Shown here: positions 52,301 to 64,000 of the stretch, in pieces
How the letters are laid out: each line of letters opens with the position of its first letter
Position numbering within the stretch: the first letter of the stretch is position 1
Position numbers and translations under genes: made by a program
Assembly (NCBI RefSeq): GCF_031769215.1
Contig: NW_026782006.1
Span: 806,001 to 870,000 of the forward strand
Length of the DNA: 64,000 nt
Source of the DNA: Ylistrum balloti
Taxonomy: Eukaryota
Direction: 5' to 3'
Notes under the pieces: model-generated
Databases searched by the model: none
Told to the model about the DNA's origin: nothing
What the model saw: the letters and a program-made list of their open reading frames with translations, nothing else

Positions 52301-55300
52301 CAACAAAGGATAGACTTACAACAACCACCTGCCAACAAAGGATAGACTTACAACAACCAGCCTGCCAACAAAGGATAGACTTACAACAACCAGCCTGCCA
52401 ACAAAGGATAGATGTACATCAACCAGCCTGTCAACAAAGGATAGATTTACAACAACCAGCCTGCCAACAAAGGATAGACTTACAACAACCAGCCTGCCAA
52501 CAAAGGATAGATGTACATCAACCAGCCTGTCAACAAAGGATAGACTTACAACAACCAGCCTGCCAACAAAGGATAGACTTACAACAACCAGCCTGCCAAC
52601 AAAGGATAGATGTACATCAACCAGCCTGCCAACAAAGGATAGATGTACATCAACCAGCCTGCCAACAAAGGATAGATGTACATCAACCAGCCTGTCAACA
52701 AAGGATAGACTTACAATGACCAGCCTGCCAACAAAGGATAGACTTACAACAAGCAGCCTGTCAACAAAGGATAGACTTACAACAACAAGCCTGCCAACAA
52801 AGGATAGACTTACAACAACCAGCCTGCCAACAAAGGATAGATGTACATCAACCAGCCTGCCAACAAAGGATAGATGTACATCAACCAGCCTGTCAACAAA
52901 GGATAGACTTACAATGACCAGCCTGCCAACAAAGGATAGACTTACAACAAGCAGCCTGTCAACAAAGGATAGACTTACAACAACCAGCCTGCCAACAAAG
53001 GATAGATTTACAACAACCAGCCTGCCAACAAAGGATAGATTTACAACAACCAGCCTGCCAACAAAGGATAGATTTACATCAACCAGCCTGCCAACAAAGG
53101 ATAGACTTACAACAACCAGCCTGCCAACAAAGGATAGATGTACATCAACCAGCCTGTCAACAAAGGATAGATGTACATCAACCAGCCTGTCAACAAAGGA
53201 TAGACTTACAATGACCAGCCTGCCAACAAAGGATAGACTTACAATGACCAGCCTGTCAACAAAGAATAGACTTACAACAACCAGCCTGCCAACAAAGGAT
53301 AGATTTACAACAACCAGCCTGCCAACAAAGGATAGGCTTACAATGACCAGCCTGCCAACAAAGGATAGACTTACAACAACCACCTGCCAACAAAGGATAG
53401 ACTTACAACAACCAGCCTGTCAACAAAGGATAGACTTACAACAACCAGCCTGCCAACAAAGGATAGATGTACATCAACCAGCCTGTCAACAAAGGATAGA
53501 CTTACAATGACCAGCCTGCCAACAAAGGATAGACTTACAACAAGCAGCCTGTCAACAAAGGATAGACTTACAACAACCAGCCTGCCAACAAAGGATAGAT
53601 TTACAACAACCAGCCTGCCAACAAAGGATAGGCTTACAATGACCAGCCTGCCAACAAAGGATAGACTTACAACAACCACCTGCCAACAAAGGATAGACTT
53701 ACAACAACCAGCCTGCCAACAAAGGATAGACTTACAACAACCACCTGCCAACAAAGGATAGACTTACAACAACCAGCCTGTCAACAAAGGATAGACTTAC
53801 AACAACCAGCCTGCCAACAAAGGATAGATGTACATCAACCAGCCTGTCAACAAAGGATAGACTTACAATGACCAGCCTGCCAACAAAGGATAGACTTACA
53901 ACAAGCAGCCTGTCAACAAAGGATAGACTTACAACAACCAGCCTGCCAACAAAGGATAGATTTACAACAACCAGCCTGCCAACAAAGGATAGGCTTACAA
54001 TGACCAGCCTGCCAACAAAGGATAGACTTACAACAACCACCTGCCAACAAAGGATAGACTTACAACAACCAGCCTGCCAACAAAGGATAGACTTACAACA
54101 ACCAGCCTGCCAACAAAGGATAGATTTACAACAACCAGCCTGCCAACAAAGGATAGATGTACATCAACCAGCCTGTCAACAAAGGATAGATTTACAACAA
54201 CCAGCCTGCCAACAAAGGATAGACTTACAATGACCAGCCTGCCAACAAAGAATAGATTTACCACAACCAGCCTGCCAACAAAGGATAGATTACAACAACC
54301 AGCCTACAACAACCAGCCTGCCAACAAAGGATAGACTTACAACAACCACCTGCCAACAAAGGATAGATTTACAACAACCAGCCTGTCAACAAAGGATAGA
54401 CTTACAACAACCAGCCTGCCAGCAAAGGATAGACTTACAATGACCAGCCTGCCAACACAGGATAGATGTACATCAACCAGCCTGCCTACAAAGGATAGAC
54501 TTACAATGACCAGCCTGCCAACAAAGGATAGACTTACAATGACCAGCCTGCCAACAAAGGATAGACTTACAACAACCAGCCTGCCAACAATGGATAGATT
54601 TACATCAACCAGCCTGTTAACAAAGGAAAGACTCTAGTGAGGATGTAGTTAACGTCTATATCTATACAAAGAATGTACACACACGTGAATCTTTTGTTTT
54701 TATTTAATTAGATATAAGCTTTCTTTTACCCTTTTTTATCAGAAGTATACTTGCTAGTATTCAATCCAATTAACAATTTGGCTTCAGAGTTTTCAATGTG
54801 CTTCTATAAATAGGCAAACATGTTTCCTTGTAGAATAAACATCGTGATTTATTGTACTATCCGATGATATCGATATAACGTAAAATATCGTAGGTCGTCA
54901 GGTTTGAGTTCAGTAACGTATTAATAAGGCACAATACACCTTGTTTATTGAATATCAAAATATTAGATGCTGACAGATACAACTAAGAAGCGTCCTGTTA
55001 TCGTAGATCGTAAAGTTATCCAATAACACCTCTGGGAGTCTGCAATGATTATAAGGAAGGTATTACGTTCAAGCATGTTGTTTCTGGTTATCTCTCTCGG
55101 GAAATTTCAGACATTCAAGTTACCTGTAAGGAAACGTTACCGTCATCCTGGGCCGCTACGACGACACTCGGGTATCTGATGTCGAAAACTCTGAAATGGG
55201 AAACCTTATTGTAGAACATGACAACTTGATGTCTAACATTCTGAAATGGGAAACCTTATTATAGAACATGACAACTTGATGTCTAACATTCTGAAATGGG

Positions 55301-58300
55301 AAACCTTATTATAGAACATGACAACTTGATGTCTAACATTCTGAAATGGGAAACCTTATTATAGAACATGACAACTTGATGTCTAACATTCTGAAATGGG
55401 AAACCTTATTATAGAACATGACAACTTGGTGTCTAACATTCTGAAATGGGAAACCTTATTATAGAACATGACAACTTGATGTCTAACATTCTGAAATGGG
55501 AAACCTTATTATAGAACATGACAACTTGGTGTCTAACATTCTGAAATGGAAACCTTATTATAGAACATGACAACTTGATGTCTAACATTCTGAAATGGAA
55601 AACCTCTGAAATAGGAAACTTTGTTGTAGAACATGACCACGTGATATCTAACATCCTGAAATGGGAAACCTTGTTGTAGAACATGACCACGTGATATCTA
55701 ACATCCTGAAATGGGAAACCTTGTTGTAGAACATGGCTACGTGATGTCAAACTCTCCGATATAGGAAATTTTTTTTATAAAGCATGACTACGTGGTGTCA
55801 AATACTGCGAAATGAGAAACATTGTAAATCACAAGTACGTGATGCCTAACTGTCCGAAATGGGAAACCTTAGTTCAGGGTAAAACCTTATCAAACAAACA
55901 AAAATGGGAAAGACTACTCCGATTACACAACCACCATTGTCATGGTCAGTTTATGTACATCTCACATTCAATATGGGGCTCCGTTTTAGTAATTCTTCAC
56001 AATGTGAAAAATTTGTTTTCGAATTACCCCTAAATATAAGTAAAGAAAATCAGACGATTCCATTGTTTTCCTTTCGATCCGCTGTCTCTGGCCAATTTCT
56101 CTCTCTGACACTTTCACTCTCACTTAGTACATCCAGGCATAACAGATATTTTGTTTATAATTGTTCTATTTACATAGTTTGAATTTTCGTTCTTGAAAAT
56201 TTAGTTTTAGAGTATCCAGAGTAAACACTGAAAAGCATTCTGTCGAAACGTGCTCTTTGGAGTACTTTTATCAGCTCTCGGGATGGCTTTGAGAAATACG
56301 TTGTGAAATATATCGAAAGGAGACAAAAGAAAATGAATCCGCAAATGACGTACAAGTACATTGTAGATTGTGGAGACATCTCGGTTCTTCTCTTCATTCA
56401 TTATTACTACGGCTTATATTTAAAGGAAAAACGAGTAAAGAAATATAGAAATAGTAAATAAATGTGTTCCTTTCCTAACACAGGCTGTACTGTAAAGCAC
56501 ACGTAATAGAACAGTTTCTGATGGAAAAACTTACGTCTCTTTTCTATTCATAGGAGGAATACAAAGATTGTACAAAAGACACACAAGTGAATAACACCTT
56601 TTAATACAAAGTTTGTACAAAAGACACACAAGTGAATAACACCTTTAAATACAAGGATTGTACGAAAGACACACAAGTAATTACCATTTTTCAATGGTCA
56701 AATATTAGATAGAGTAAAGAATAACAATGAATTCCACTGCATCATACTGCTGTTTCCTCCTTCCAGGACTCGTCAGTGAAGCTACATCATACTGCTGTTT
56801 CCTCCTTCCAGGACTCGTCAGTGATGCTACGTCATACTGCTGTTTCCTCCTTCCAGGACTCGTCAGTGATTCTACATCATACTGCTGTTTCCTCCTTCCA
56901 GGACTCGTCAGTGATTTTCCTGAATTTTGAAGCCTAGGAGGCGACTGAGGAAAATCTAAAGTGATTGAATTTTTTTCAAATCTAGACGGGTGCAGCAACC
57001 CCATAATTAAATAAATTGGCAGTAGGGGAAAGTGAAGGCCTATTACACATGTTGTCATTAAGCCTATTACACGACATGTTGTCAGTATGGCTACTACATG
57101 GACATGTTGTCAGTATGCCTATTACATGACACGTTGTCATTAAGCCTATTACATGACATGTTGCCATTATGCCTATTGCATGACATGTTGCCATTATGCC
57201 TATTGCATGACATGTTGTCAGTATGCCTATTATATGACATTTGTCAATAAGCCTATTACATGATATGTTGTCAGTATGCCTATTACATGGACACGTTGTC
57301 ATTAAGCCTATTACATGACACGTTGTCATTATGTCTATTACATGACACGTTGTCAGTATGCCTATTACATGGACACGTTGTCATTAAGCCTATTACATGA
57401 CATGATGTCTTTAAGCCTATTACATGACATGTTGTCAGTATGCCTATTACATGACATGTTGTCATTAAGCCTATTACATGAAATGTTGTCATTATTCATA
57501 TTTCATGACACGTTATCATTATGCCTGTTTTATGACACGTTGTCAGTATGCCTATTACAGGACACGTTGTCATTAAGCCTATTACAGGACATGATGTCTT
57601 TAAGCCTATTACATGGACACGTTGTCATTAAGCCTATTACATGACACGTTGTCATTAAGCCTATTACATGACATGTTGTCAGTATGGCTATTGCATGACA
57701 CGTTGTCATTAAGCCAATTATATGATATGTTGTCATAAAGCCTATTACATGACATGTTGTCATTATGTTTAGTACATGAAACGTTGTTGTGTATTACCTG
57801 ATATGTAGTCATTATGCCTATTACATGGACACGTTGTCAATAAGCCTATTACATGACACGTTGTCATTAAGCCTATTACATGACACGTTGTCATTATGTT
57901 TATTACATGACATGTTGTCAGTATGGCTATTACATGACACGTTGTCATTAAGGCTATTTCATGACATGTTGTCAGTATGGCTATTACATGACATGATGTC
58001 TTTAAGCCTATTACATGACATGTTGTCAGTATGCCTATTACATGACATGTTGTCATTAAGCCTATTACATTACACGTTGTTATTAAGCATATTACATGAC
58101 GCGTTGTCATTAAGCCTATTACATGACATGATGTCAGTATGCCTATTATATGACATTTGTCAATAAGCCTATTACATGATATGTTGTCAGTATGCCTATT
58201 ACATGGACACGTTGTCATTAAGCCTATTACATGACACGTTGTCATTAAGCCTATTACATGACACGTCATTAATCCTATTACATGACACGTTGTCATTTAG

Positions 58301-60508
58301 CCTAGTTCATGACATGTTGTCAGTATGCCTATTACATAACATGTTGTCATTAAGCCTATTACATGATATGTTGTTAGTATGGCTATTACATGACATGATG
58401 TCTTTAAGCCTATTACATGACATGTTGTCATTAAGCCTATTACATGGACACGATTGTCATTAAGCCTATTACATGACATGCCTTTAAGCCTATTACATGG
58501 ACACGTTGTTATTATGTCTATTACATGACATGTTGTCAGTATGGCTATTACATGACATGATGTCTTTAAGGCTATCACATGACATGTTGTCATTAAGCCT
58601 ATTACATCACACGTTGTCATTAAGCCTATTACATGAAACGTTGTTGTCTATTACATGACACGTTGTCATTTAGTCTATTACATGACATGATGTCTTTAAG
58701 CCTATTAAATGACATGTTGTCATTATGTCTATTACATGACATGTTGTCAGTATGGCTATTACATGACATGATGCATTTAAGCCTATTACATGATATGTTG
58801 TCATTATGCCAATTGCATGACACGTTGTCAGTATGCCTATTACATGACACGTTGTCATTAAGCCTATTACATGACACGTTGTAAGTATGCCTATTACATG
58901 ACAAGTTGTCATTAAGCCTATTACATGACATGTTGTCAGTATGCCTATTACATGACACGTTGTCATTAAGCCTATTACATGACACGTTGTTGTCCATTAC
59001 ATGACACGTTGTCATTAAGCCTATTATATGACATGTTGTCATTAAGTCTATTACATGACATGATGTCTTTAAGCCTATTAAATGACACGTTGTTATTAAG
59101 CCTATTACATGACGCGTTGTCATTAAGCCTATTACATGACATGTTGTCATTAAGCCTATTACATTACACGTTGTTATTAAGCATATTACATGACGCGTTG
59201 TCATTAAGTCTATTACATGACATGATGTCTTTAAGCCTATTAAATGACACGTTGTTATTAAGCCTATTACATGACGCGTTGTCATTAAGCCTATTACATG
59301 ACATGTTGTCATTAAGCCTATTACATGGACACGTTGTTATTAAGCCTATTACATGACGCGTTGTCATTAAGTCTATTACATGACATGATGTCTTTAAGCC
59401 TATTACATGACATGATGCCTTTAAGCCTATTAATGACATGTTGTCATTAAGCCCATTAGATGACACGTTGTCATTAAGCCTATTACATGATATGTTGTCA
59501 GTATGGCTATTACATGACATGATGTCTTTAAGCCTATTACATGATATGTTGTCAGTATGGCTATTACATGACATGATGTCTTTAAGCCTATTAAATGACA
59601 CGTTGTTATTAAACCTATTACATGACGCGTTGTCATTATGTCTATTACATGATATGTTGTCAGTATGGCTATTACATGACATGATGTCTTTAAGCCTATT
59701 ACATGACACGTTGTCATTAAGCCTATTACATGATATATTGTCATTATGTCTATTACATGACATGATGTCTATAAGCCTATTACATGACACGTTGTCATTA
59801 AGCCTATTACACGACACGTTGTCATTATGTCTATTACATGACATGTTGTCAGTATGGCTATTACATGACATGATGTCTTTAAGGCTATTACATGACATGT
59901 TGTCATTAAGCCTATTACATGACATGTTGTCAGTATGTCTATTACATGACATGTTGTCAGTATGCCTATTACATGACATGTTGTCATTAAGCCTATTACA
60001 TGGACACGTTGTTATTAAGCCTATTACATGACGCGTTGTCATTAAGTCTATTACATGACATGTTGTCAGTATGGCTATTACATGACTTGATGTCTTTAAG
60101 CCTATAACATGACATGATGCCTTTAAGCCTATTAATGACATGTTGTCATTAAGCCCATTACATGAAATGTTTGTCATTTTGCCTACAGGAATATTATCTG
60201 AATTGGGCATAATTACTTTAAACACTTGTCATCCGCTAATGAAAGGTTATTATAGAAACACAAGGTACTTACAAACAAACTACATAAGTACCTATAAAGA
60301 AGTTATTATTATCAACATCTCCTGTACTAATGTATTTTAAATCTATATGTTCGTTGATACACGTGTACAATATTAGAATATGATAATAAATATTTCCCTT
60401 ATTGATAAAACAAAGATCTATCAGGCCAGTCATCCTATCAATTTACAATATATAAACTTACCCATCATCTGCTGCAGTCGCTGTAACTAAAAGTAGTAAA
60501 ACAATCAT
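46346..60508 (-). CDS. Paralogue E: secreted cubilin-NTD-like / He_PIG Ig-like / EGF / F5-8C protein, ~355 aa
   Basis: Exons 60508-60462 (MIVLLLLVTATAADD), 55190-55124, 52032-51940, 50938-50837, 50552-50363, 50156-50043 (EGF), 49402-49235, 47661-47528, 46498-46346 (VARFIRFHP..PCLKVEVYGC). Phase-compatible; exon sizes 67/93/102/190/114 as in A. Exon 1 is the least certain because it lies 5.3 kb from exon 2. Confidence 0.85.
49053..49150 (+). mobile_element. Possible degenerate tRNA-derived SINE head in intron 7 of E
   Basis: GGTGGCGCGCTGTGGTAAAACATTCGCTTCTCAC resembles an A-box-containing tRNA 5' half; the B-box is poor and there is no complete cloverleaf. Confidence 0.3.
52025..54625. repeat. 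33-bp minisatellite (~79 copies) ending at the acceptor of E exon 3
   Basis: Unit AAAGGATAGACTTACAACAACCAGCCTGCCAAC. Confidence 0.97.
55188..55795. repeat. 50-bp minisatellite (~11-12 copies) ending at the acceptor of E exon 2
   Basis: Unit TCTGAAATGGGAAACCTTATTATAGAACATGACAACTTGATGTCTAACAT. Confidence 0.95.
56738..56915. repeat. 45-bp tandem repeat x4
   Basis: Unit CATCATACTGCTGTTTCCTCCTTCCAGGACTCGTCAGTGAWGCTA. Confidence 0.9.
57030..60170. repeat. ~27-bp degenerate minisatellite (~3.1 kb) with a hairpin core, intron 1 of E
   Basis: Unit CATTAAGCCTATTACATGACACGTTGT; the core ATGACA-cgt-TGTCAT is an inverted repeat. Confidence 0.95.
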
Positions 60509-60964
60509 TCTTCTCGGCGGTCAAAACAAGCACGTCTGTAAAACTTCCGGCAATTCTCCAGACCTGTCGTTATCCCCGCGATTTTATCCTCGATTTCTCT
60601 GTTGCATAGCAGTATAAGGATTCTAGTTAATGTCTGAGATCAGACGATTTAGACTGGTTCTCGGTTACATTGCTTGACATTAAATATACTGTGTTAGCTC
60701 AGACACAGGATTCTTAACTATGGTGTGTGACTTACGTAAACCAAACAATAGATATTTATATCAATGTTGACAAATGTCTCCCCTCTGACTAACTAACGGT
60801 TAAATTCCCTACCACATCAACTCTGTCTATGACAAACACCGATACTATCGTTACATTAGTAACAAGAATCCCATTTGACTCAGCTTCAGCAACATGTAAA
60901 AGTTTTTATACTGAAATGAAATATAAGAATACAAATGTCTCTAATGAATCTGAGGGTTTAACTA

Positions 60965-62330
60965 CAGACTGATAAATAGACCTTGTAAGAAGAGGAGGGC
61001 ACGGGTCACGGTATCCATGGTCTATGTACTACTGAGACCGATAAATAGACCTTGTTAGAAGAGGGGGACACGGGTCACGGTATCCATGGTCTATGTACTA
61101 CTGAGACCGATAAATAGACCTTGTTAGAAGAGGGGGACACGGGTCACGGTATCCATGGTCTATGTACTACTGAGACCGATAAATAGACCTTGTTAGAAGA
61201 GGAGGACACGGGTCACGGTATCCATGGTCTATGTACTACTGAGACCGATAAATAGACCTTGTTAGAAGAGGGGGACACGGGTCACGGTATCCGTGGTCTG
61301 TGTACTACTGAGACCGATAAATAGACCTTGTTAGAAGAGGAGGACACGGGTCACGGTATCCGTGGTCTATGTACTACTGAGACCGATAAATACATCTTGT
61401 TAGAAGAGGGGGACACGGGTCACGGTATCCGTGGTCTATGTACTACTGAGACCGATAAATAGACCTTGTTAGAAGAGGGGGACACGGGTCACCGTATCTG
61501 TGGTCTATGTACTACTGAGACCGATAAATACATCTTGTTAGAAGAGGGGGACACGGGTCACCGTATCCGTGGTCTGTGTACTTATGAGATCGATAAATAC
61601 ATCTTGTTAGAAGAGGAGGGCACGGGTCACCGTATCCGTGGTCTGTGTACTTTTGAGACCGGTAAATACATCATGTTAGAAGAGGAGGGCACGGGTCACC
61701 GTATCCGTGGTCTGTGTACTTTTGAGACCGGTAAATACATCATGTTAGAAGAGGAGGGCACGGGTCACCGTATCCGTGGTCTGTGTACTTTTGAGACCGG
61801 TAAATACATCATGTTAGAAGAGGAGGGCACGGGTCACTGTATCCGTGGTCTGTGTACTACTGAGACCGATAAATAGACCTTGTTAGAAGAGGAGGACACG
61901 GGTCACGGTATCCATGGTCTATGTACTACTGAGACCGATAAATAGACCTTGTAAGAAGAGGAGGGCACGGGTCACGGTATCCGTGGTCTATGTACTACTG
62001 AAACCGATCAATAGACCTTGTTAGAAGAGGAGGGCACGGGTCACGGTATCCGTGGTCTATGTACTACTGAAACCGATAATTGACCTTGTTAGAAGAGGAG
62101 GGCACGGGTCACGGTATCCATGGTCTATGTACTACTGAGACCGATAAATAGACCTTGTAAGAAGAGGAGGGCACGGGTCACGGTATCCGTGGTCTATGTA
62201 CTACTGAAACCGATCAATAGACCTTGTTAGAAGAGGAGGGCACGGGTCACGGTATCCGTGGTCTATGTACTACTGAAACCGATAATTGACCTTGTTAGAA
62301 GAGGAGGGCACGGGTCACGGTATCCATGAT
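60965..62330. repeat. 69-bp minisatellite (~20 copies) upstream of E
   Basis: Unit GATAAATAGACCTTGTTAGAAGAGGRGGACACGGGTCACGGTATCCRTGGTCTATGTACTACTGAGACC. Confidence 0.97.
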
Positions 62331-62344
62331 CCTTAACGAGGTTT

Positions 62345-63112
62345 TAGTTGAAGAGAGCAATCCCTGTCGAAATTTTAGTTGATGATAGATCGCTTACAGG
62401 GTTTCAGTTGAAGAGAGAGCTCTCTACCAAAGGTTCAATTGAATGAAGGGAGATTCCTGACAAAGGATCAATTGAAGAGAGATTTCTAACGTAGTTTTAG
62501 TTGAAGAGAGATTCCTGATAAAGGATTAATTGAAGAAAGATTCCTGACAAAGGATTAATTGAATGAAGAGAGATTTATAACAAAGGTTTAATTGAAGAGA
62601 TTTCTAACGTAGTTTTAGTTGAAGAGAGATTCCTGACAAAGGATTAACTGAATGAAGAGAGATTTCTAACAAAGGTTTAATTGAAGAGATTTCTAACGTA
62701 GTTTTAGTTGAAGAGAGATTCCTGACAAAGGATTAACTGAATGAAGAGAGATTTCTAACAAAGGTTTAATTGAAGAGATTTCTAACGTAGTTTTAGTTGA
62801 AGAGAGATTCCTGACAAAGGATTAACTGAATGAAGAGATATTTCTAACAAAGGTTTAATTGAAGAGATTTCTAACGTAGTTTTAGTTGAAGAGAGATTCC
62901 TGACAAAGGATTAATTGAATGAAGAGAGATTTCTAACAAAGGTTTAATTGAAGAGAGATTTCTAACGTAGTTTTAGTTGAAGAGAGATTCCTGACAAAGG
63001 ATTAATTGAATGAAGAGAGATTCCCGACAAAGGATTAATTGAATGAAGAGAGATTCCTAACAAAGGATTAATTGAAGAGAGATTTCTATGGTAGTTTTTA
63101 GTTGAAGAGAAT
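62345..63112. repeat. Composite AG-rich repeat with ~25-32 bp subunits and an 89-bp higher-order unit
   Basis: GAAGAGAGATTCCTGACAAAGGATTAA.. blocks recur at 62621, 62710, 62799 and 62888. Confidence 0.9.
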
Positions 63113-63169
63113 GATCAACAAGACCTTAAAAATGGTTTCAGCTGTAACATGTAAACAGCATAGGTGGCT

Positions 63170-63332
63170 GGAGAGATGTACCTGTTGCTTTTGTTGTAAG
63201 AAACACTTGGGGTTAGCGGGTGATGTAGAAAAGTATGTCTTGTCCTTGATTTCCGATTCTGGTGGGTTTATTCGATAGACATGGTCAATAAATGTCTTAC
63301 TACTCAATGAGACATCATCAAGATGATTGGGG
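63170..63332 (-). mobile_element. Short fragment of a Penelope-like RT from the same family
   Basis: LDDVSLSSKTFIDHVYRINPPESEIKDKT closely parallels DILSLNQKFIDHVHRINPPELEIEDTT at 45565-45650. Confidence 0.65.
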
Positions 63333-64000
63333 GATCTAACATAGGTAACTATATACCAATAGTCGGTTGAAGATCTAACATAGGTAATTATATACCAATA
63401 GTGTGTTGGTAGATCTAACATAGGTAACTATATACCAATAGTGTGTTGGTAGATCTAACATAGGTAACTATATACCAATAGTCTGTTGAAGATCTAACAT
63501 AGGTAACTATATATCAATAGTGTGTTGAAGATCTTACATAGGTAACTATACACCAATAGTGTGTTGGTAGATCTAACATAGGTAACTATATACCAATAGT
63601 GTGTTGGTAGATCTAACATAGGTAACTATATACCAATAGTGTGTTGGTAGATCTAACATAGGTAACTATATACAAATAGTGTGTTGGTAGATCTAACATA
63701 GGTAACTATATACCAATAGTGTGTTGGTAGATCTAACATAGGTAACTATATACCAATAGTGTGTTGAAGATCTAACATAGGTAACTATATACCAATAGTG
63801 TGTTGGTAGATCTAACATAGGTAACTATATACCAATAGTGTGTTGAAGATCTAACATAGGTAACTATATACCAATAGTGTGTTGAAGATCTAACATAGGT
63901 AACTATATACCAATAGTCTGTTGGTAGATCTAACATAGGTAAATATATACCAGTAGTCTGTTGGTAGATCTAACATAGGTAACTATATACCAATAGTGTG
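63333..64000. repeat. ~38-40-bp minisatellite running off the window end
   Basis: Unit GATCTAACATAGGTAACTATATACCAATAGTGTGTTGGTA, with a shorter ..GTTGAA variant. Confidence 0.97.

Noticed and set aside
52006-54637. Thr/Ser-rich mucin-like and Gln-rich ORFs on both strands
   Set aside because: All come from the 33-bp array, antisense or intronic to gene E; frame switches follow repeat indels.
56982-61876. Cys/His-rich repeat ORFs resembling metal-binding proteins
   Set aside because: Overlapping ORFs in several frames on both strands of the 27-bp and 69-bp arrays, which is the signature of non-coding tandem repeats.
63333-64000. Idea that the terminal 40-bp array derives from PLE RT coding sequence (LLVYSY versus LFLYSY)
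   Set aside because: It abuts the RT fragment, but the similarity is too short to separate from chance without an alignment.

Overview
AT-rich eukaryotic (animal) genomic DNA with spliceosomal introns. The repeat and retroelement content suggests a bivalve mollusc or other lophotrochozoan, but that is inference. The ORF track is largely misleading: its long ORFs are minisatellite artefacts and the real genes are split into small exons. Reading splice sites by hand gives the 3' end of an unknown gene (715-4464, +) and a cluster of five intact 9-exon paralogues: A(-) 10147-16249, B(+) 17491-21697, C(-) 25078-32809, D(+) 34064-43444 and E(-) 46346-60508. Each encodes a ~350-370 aa secreted protein: signal peptide, a module resembling the cubilin N-terminal trimerising beta-helix, a He_PIG/cadherin-like Ig fold, one EGF domain and one F5/8 type C (discoidin) domain. 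The minus-strand genes (A, C, E) and plus-strand genes (B, D) form two subtypes that differ in intron-7 position and discoidin cysteines. They sit as head-to-head pairs (A/B, C/D) with near-identical ATG-to-ATG spacing (1242 and 1255 bp). About 23 kb (roughly a third) of the window is minisatellite, and five arrays start directly at exon-intron junctions and multiply splice sites. Decayed RLE-type non-LTR and Penelope-like retroelement remnants are also present. All gene models are manual and lack transcript support.
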